NCBI GenBank assembly: GCA_030141605.1
Contig: JAQGDQ010002456.1
Location: 1-30,568, forward strand
Length of the DNA: 30,568 bases
Source: Tubiluchus corallicola
Lineage: Eukaryota; Animalia; Priapulida
Reading direction: 5' to 3'
The notes under the pieces are model-generated. The model was given only the letters and a program-made list of their open reading frames with translations, had not been told where the DNA came from and did not search any database. This document shows positions 26,196-30,568 of this stretch, piece after piece (positions within the stretch are counted from its first letter, which is position 1; every line of letters begins with the position of its first letter). The translations under genes and the position numbers were made by a program.

Positions 26196-27270
26196 TCTAT
26201 TTTATCCTATTGCGGAATATTTTACTGCATTCAACGTTTTTCGCTACATAACATTCAGGACAGCTTATGCGATAATCACCTCTTTTTTGCTCACGCTGAT
26301 GTTTGGCACCATCATAATCAATATGTTAAAAAGCATGTCCTTGAGGCAGATCACCAAGGGGTGCGAACCGAAAAGACATCGGGGCAAAGCTGGCACACCA
26401 ACCATGGGCGGAGTTATAATAGTTTTCACTGCTGTTCTCTCAACTATACTTTGGGCGGACCTCAGCAGTAGGTATATATTTATTACGCTGACGGTGTTTA
26501 TCTCCTTTGCAGTAATAGGTTTCATCGACGATTATTACAAGACCATCAAGGGTAACCCTAAAGGTATCAGTGCCCGCACAAAATTTTTATCACAGCTGTT
26601 ATTTGCGTCATTAGCCGTTTTGCTGGTGTTAAACGCGGATACAAAGAATATATCAACATTGTTGACCTTCCCCTTCTTCAAGGAGTTGGAGTTAGAGTTG
26701 TCCTATTTTTACATACTTTTTGCCATAATGGTGATAACGGGCAGCAGCAATGCGGTTAACTTGACAGATGGACTTGACGGACTGGCTATTTTGCCGTCTG
26801 TAATAGTATTCGGTACATTGGGATTGTTTGCATACCTTACCGGCAATATAAATTTTGCGGAATATCTCAATATCACTTACGTGCCGGGTGCTGGTGAGCT
26901 CAGTATCTTTTGTGGTGCCATGGTCGGTTCTGGTCTCGGTTTTCTATGGTTCAACACATATCCCGCATCCGTCTTTATGGGGGATGTGGGGTCTTTGTCC
27001 ATAGGTGCTGCCATGGGTGTTGTGGCGGTTATTATCAAACATGAACTGATACTGCCAATAATGGCTGGAGTATTTGTCATTGAAGCTCTATCCGTCATAT
27101 TTCAGGTGGGTTACTTCAAGATCACGTCGGGCAAGAGACTGTTCAAGATGGCGCCGTTGCATCATCATTTTGAGCTCAAAGGATGGTCGGAACCGAAGAT
27201 CATAGTGAGGTTTTGGATATTCTCAATTATTTTAGCGCTGATATCATTTAGCACATTGAAACTAAGATAG
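26185..27270 (+). CDS. mraY: Phospho-MurNAc-pentapeptide transferase
   Basis: GTPTMGG, DDY, NAVNLTDGLDGL, FMGDVGS, MAPLHHHFE. Confidence 0.99.
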   Translation: MLYNLFYPIAEYFTAFNVFRYITFRTAYAIITSFLLTLMFGTIIINMLKSMSLRQITKGCEPKRHRGKAGTPTMGGVIIVFTAVLSTILWADLSSRYIFITLTVFISFAVIGFIDDYYKTIKGNPKGISARTKFLSQLLFASLAVLLVLNADTKNISTLLTFPFFKELELELSYFYILFAIMVITGSSNAVNLTDGLDGLAILPSVIVFGTLGLFAYLTGNINFAEYLNITYVPGAGELSIFCGAMVGSGLGFLWFNTYPASVFMGDVGSLSIGAAMGVVAVIIKHELILPIMAGVFVIEALSVIFQVGYFKITSGKRLFKMAPLHHHFELKGWSEPKIIVRFWIFSIILALISFSTLKLR

Positions 27271-27280
27271 GAAGGCATTT

Positions 27281-28564
27281 ATGAAAACGGCCAACATCAT
27301 AGGTTACGGACTCAGCGGCAAATCTGCCCATCAGTTGTTAGCAAGGATGGGTTACGACAATATCCGTGTGTATGATGACGCTAATAGTGATAATGATTGC
27401 AATATTTTAAAAATCGCGGATTTTATGGACGACCACAATTTGACGACCATAAGCCCAGGTATAGATAGGAGAAGGTATCCGAACTTACCGAATATTTCCG
27501 AGCCCAATGTAGTTAGTGAAGTGGAATTGGCCTATAATCTGTTGCCCCATGACGCAAAAGTTGCAATAATCACCGGCAGCAATGGCAAGTCCAGTGTTGC
27601 GCATCTGGTAGAGCAGATTTTATCATTTTGCGGTATTTCGGCAGTCGCCTGCGGCAACATAGGGGTTCCGTTCGGCAAATCGGTCTTAGACGGCAATGCA
27701 GAAGTTTATATACTTGAGCTCTCAAGTTTTCAGATAGAGATGCTTCACTTCTTTAATGCCGATATTTTTGCCCTGTTGAACATATCGCCAAATCATCAGG
27801 AAAGATACGACTCCTACGAGGATTATACGGAAGCAAAGCTCAAGATATTGAATTTTGCCTGCAAAGATTCAAAAACTATAGTGGGTGATAACCCCGCACT
27901 GTTGAATGCTGCAAAAAAGGTCAAGGGCAACTTATCCATAATCTCCTCCGAATATGTCGTTGAAGATGAAAAATTGAGATGCGGCAATTGGTGGTTGGAC
28001 CTTGCAGAATATCACCTGTATGGTACACACAATATACTAAACCTCATCTTTGCGGTGGAGATAGCATCAAGCTTTGTCGACATAGAAGGAGATGTGACAA
28101 AACTTGTAAAAAACCTCACAAACCTTGAACATAGGCTGGAAAGGTTCACAACCGACGATAAAGTTACATATATAAACGACTCAAAAGCCACGAATATACA
28201 AGCACTTCTGACAGCTTTGAGCTGCATGAATGCGAAGGTTACCCTTTTAGCGGGAGGTCGTGAAAAGGGAGAAGACTATAATCTGCTCAGGGATAAAATA
28301 GAGGAGAAGGTATCCAACTTAGTACTGTTTGGAGAAGCTTCACAAAACTTGTTTGAGGCGTTTAAGGGGAAACTGAGTGCAGATATATCAAAGCACCCTA
28401 CCCTCAAGGAAGCCCTCTGTCATGTGGCATCAGATGTAAAACCGGGAGATGTCGTACTGCTCTCTCCTGGTTGCAGCAGCTATGATGAGTTTGAAAACTT
28501 TGCCGCCCGGGGGGATTTTTTTAAAAGCCATATGAAAAGATATGAAACTAAGCAGGTGACTTAA
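27281..28564 (+). CDS. murD: UDP-MurNAc-L-Ala--D-Glu ligase
   Basis: TGSNGKS, GNIG, ELSSFQ, HRLE, NDSKATN, LLSPGCSSYD. Confidence 0.97.
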   Translation: MKTANIIGYGLSGKSAHQLLARMGYDNIRVYDDANSDNDCNILKIADFMDDHNLTTISPGIDRRRYPNLPNISEPNVVSEVELAYNLLPHDAKVAIITGSNGKSSVAHLVEQILSFCGISAVACGNIGVPFGKSVLDGNAEVYILELSSFQIEMLHFFNADIFALLNISPNHQERYDSYEDYTEAKLKILNFACKDSKTIVGDNPALLNAAKKVKGNLSIISSEYVVEDEKLRCGNWWLDLAEYHLYGTHNILNLIFAVEIASSFVDIEGDVTKLVKNLTNLEHRLERFTTDDKVTYINDSKATNIQALLTALSCMNAKVTLLAGGREKGEDYNLLRDKIEEKVSNLVLFGEASQNLFEAFKGKLSADISKHPTLKEALCHVASDVKPGDVVLLSPGCSSYDEFENFAARGDFFKSHMKRYETKQVT

Positions 28565-28566
28565 GA

Positions 28567-29649
28567 ATGTTTAATCTAAAAGATGAAAGGGTATTGGTGC
28601 TATCTATCACAACTGCGCTGCTGTTGGTAGGCTTGATATTTGTCTATTCGACAGGCTCTATAGTTGCTCTCCGTTTGGAGCTGTCTGAGATGCATTTCTT
28701 TAATAAACAATTCTTTAACATCATCCTGGGATATGCACTTATGTATATGGCGTATAGGACGCCTCTGGATAGATTTCGTTCTGTGTTGCCGTTGATATAT
28801 TTTTTCACTATTGGGCTTCTGTTGTTGGTGTTTCTAAACGATCCCATAAATCACGCAAAGCGTTGGATAATTGTATTCGGCTTTAGCTTTCAGCCGTCAG
28901 AATTTGCAAAGTTCACCGCAGTTCTGTACCTTGCCCACTACCTTGACAAAAAAGAGGGGAAGCTAAACAGCTTTAAGGACGGCTTTTTGCCCGCTTCAAT
29001 ACTCTTGGGTATAATGTGCGCCATGATCCTTTTAGAGCCCGACTACGGGACGGGTTTTTTGATCATCGCCGTGGTATTTATCATGTATTTTGCAGGCGGA
29101 GCCAGGCTGACCCACATATTTGGTCTCATAATGTTTGCCCTCCCTATCCTCACGATGGGCTTGCTGTTCGGCTATAGAAAGGGGCGATTGATGAGCTTCC
29201 TCAATCCTTGGGAGGACAGATACGGACAAGGTTATCAGTTGATACAATCGCTAACCTCCGTGGGAAGCGGTGGTTTAATAGGCAAAGGACTTGGAAATTC
29301 ATCCCAGAAGCTTCACTTCCTGCCGGAAGCTCACAACGACTTCATATATGCAATTATATGTGAAGAGATAGGACTTTTGGGAGTTTTGCCCATTACATTT
29401 TTGGTCTTTTTCCTATTCAAGATATTTATTGACATCGCTTTTAAGCAGAGAGACAAATTTAAATTCCTTTTAGTTTTGGGTCTGTCGCTCATATTTCTGT
29501 TGCAAAACATTATACACATATTTGTAGTTATCGGTCTTTTCCCCACGAAGGGGATCACGATGCCCTTAATAAGTTATGGGGGTAGCTCCATGCTATTTTC
29601 TCTATTTTCTGTGGGGGTGATGCTGAGGGCTGCGGAGGAAGAAGCTTGA
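28567..29649 (+). CDS. ftsW: SEDS peptidoglycan polymerase FtsW
   Basis: KRWI, FQPSEFAK, EPDYGT, GYQ..QS, LPEAHNDFI, P.ISYGGSS. Confidence 0.97.
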   Translation: MFNLKDERVLVLSITTALLLVGLIFVYSTGSIVALRLELSEMHFFNKQFFNIILGYALMYMAYRTPLDRFRSVLPLIYFFTIGLLLLVFLNDPINHAKRWIIVFGFSFQPSEFAKFTAVLYLAHYLDKKEGKLNSFKDGFLPASILLGIMCAMILLEPDYGTGFLIIAVVFIMYFAGGARLTHIFGLIMFALPILTMGLLFGYRKGRLMSFLNPWEDRYGQGYQLIQSLTSVGSGGLIGKGLGNSSQKLHFLPEAHNDFIYAIICEEIGLLGVLPITFLVFFLFKIFIDIAFKQRDKFKFLLVLGLSLIFLLQNIIHIFVVIGLFPTKGITMPLISYGGSSMLFSLFSVGVMLRAAEEEA

Positions 29650-30568
29650 GAGTAATATTAGCAGGTGGAGGCACCGGAGGCCATTTATATCCGGGTATAG
29701 CGGTGGCAGAAGAGTTGGAATTGACAAAAACCAAATCATTCTTCATGGTATCCAATCGCGGAATAGAGAGGATGATATTGGACAAGTATAGCTATCGTTA
29801 TCTGGAACAGGATGTCTCTCCTTTTGCCAGAGTTGGCTTTATTTCAAAGCTGTCCGCTTTGTCAAAAGCTATGCTGCAGGTGATAAAAAACTTGCGCTAT
29901 ATAAGTAGAAAGGACAAAATCTTATTGCTGGGTGGTTTTGTTTCAGTGCCTGTGGCTTTAGCTGCTCTGATCAAGGGAGCAGATATATACATCCACGAGC
30001 AGAACAGCATCATGGGTAGAGCAAACAGACTGTTGGCGCCTTTTGCGAAAAAGATATTTGTCTCTTACGAAACGTCAAACTACAAAAATAAGAGCGTCTA
30101 TTCCGGCAACCCTGTGAGGAAAACTTTTGAGAACTTTGACGTAAAGAGCAACCTTGACAAAACTATCTTCGTATCTGGTGGTTCTCAAGGGAGCAGATTT
30201 ATTAACAACTTGGTGGTAGAGGTCGCCGAACAATTACTGAAGGACGGCTACACCATATATCATCAGGCAGGCGCAAACTTGATAAAGGAAACGAGCGATA
30301 GATACGGCGAACTGTTAAAGAAATATCCGAACAACATACACCTATTTGACTACTCGGATAACATAACGGAAATATATAAAAAGGCAGATGTCGTTATAGC
30401 TCGCTCAGGCTCGGGCACGGTGTATGAGACGCTGTATTCAAAGCGTCCGGCGATATTTATACCTTTTGCCTATGCTGTGGACAATCATCAATATCACAAT
30501 GCCCTACTGTCTGGCAGCAAAGGGATAGCATTTGTGCTGGAGGAAGCTGAGGCGAACAGCCAGAAGCT
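29646..30568 (+). CDS. murG: GlcNAc transferase MurG (3'-truncated by window; absent from the ORF track)
   Basis: TTG 29646 overlaps the ftsW stop and reads MRVILAGGGTGGHLYPG; later HEQN, GNPVR and GGSQG. Confidence 0.96.
   Translation, partial: MRVILAGGGTGGHLYPGIAVAEELELTKTKSFFMVSNRGIERMILDKYSYRYLEQDVSPFARVGFISKLSALSKAMLQVIKNLRYISRKDKILLLGGFVSVPVALAALIKGADIYIHEQNSIMGRANRLLAPFAKKIFVSYETSNYKNKSVYSGNPVRKTFENFDVKSNLDKTIFVSGGSQGSRFINNLVVEVAEQLLKDGYTIYHQAGANLIKETSDRYGELLKKYPNNIHLFDYSDNITEIYKKADVVIARSGSGTVYETLYSKRPAIFIPFAYAVDNHQYHNALLSGSKGIAFVLEEAEANSQK

Noticed and set aside
264-29785. Many 60-180 aa ORFs in the six-frame track overlapping assigned genes
   Set aside because: Antisense or alternate-frame shadows of well-supported genes, with no recognisable motifs.
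19974-30568. Novelty in the dcw cluster
   Set aside because: Canonical gene order with intact motifs; no inserted gene, intein or repeat seen.

Overview
Core bacterial chromosome segment; the protein style and gene order suggest a Deferribacterales-like anaerobe, which is inference only. Left to right: smc (3' part)-ftsY-degenerate ParB-like gene-spore photoproduct lyase-like radical SAM gene-cinA (+); a 34-bp direct repeat pair; a chimeric minus-strand ORF (ferrochelatase N-half fused in frame to an aminotransferase C-half) downstream of hemE; serA (+) with a structured leader; a candidate sigma54-driven ~74-nt sRNA; an EamA/DMT transporter (-); uvrB-PBP1A-orphan NtrB-like kinase (+); mazG-znuA-znuC-znuB (-); and the dcw cluster mraZ-rsmH-ftsL-ftsI-murE-murF-mraY-murD-ftsW-murG (partial). 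Small indels split smc, ftsY, cinA and hemH in the first 7 kb and look like long-read consensus errors. I saw no rRNA, tRNA, transposase, integrase or cas gene. Best leads: the sigma54 promoter/sRNA/terminator unit at 9846-9946, the ParB-like + atypical SPL-like gene pair, the hemH::aminotransferase chimera and the serA leader.
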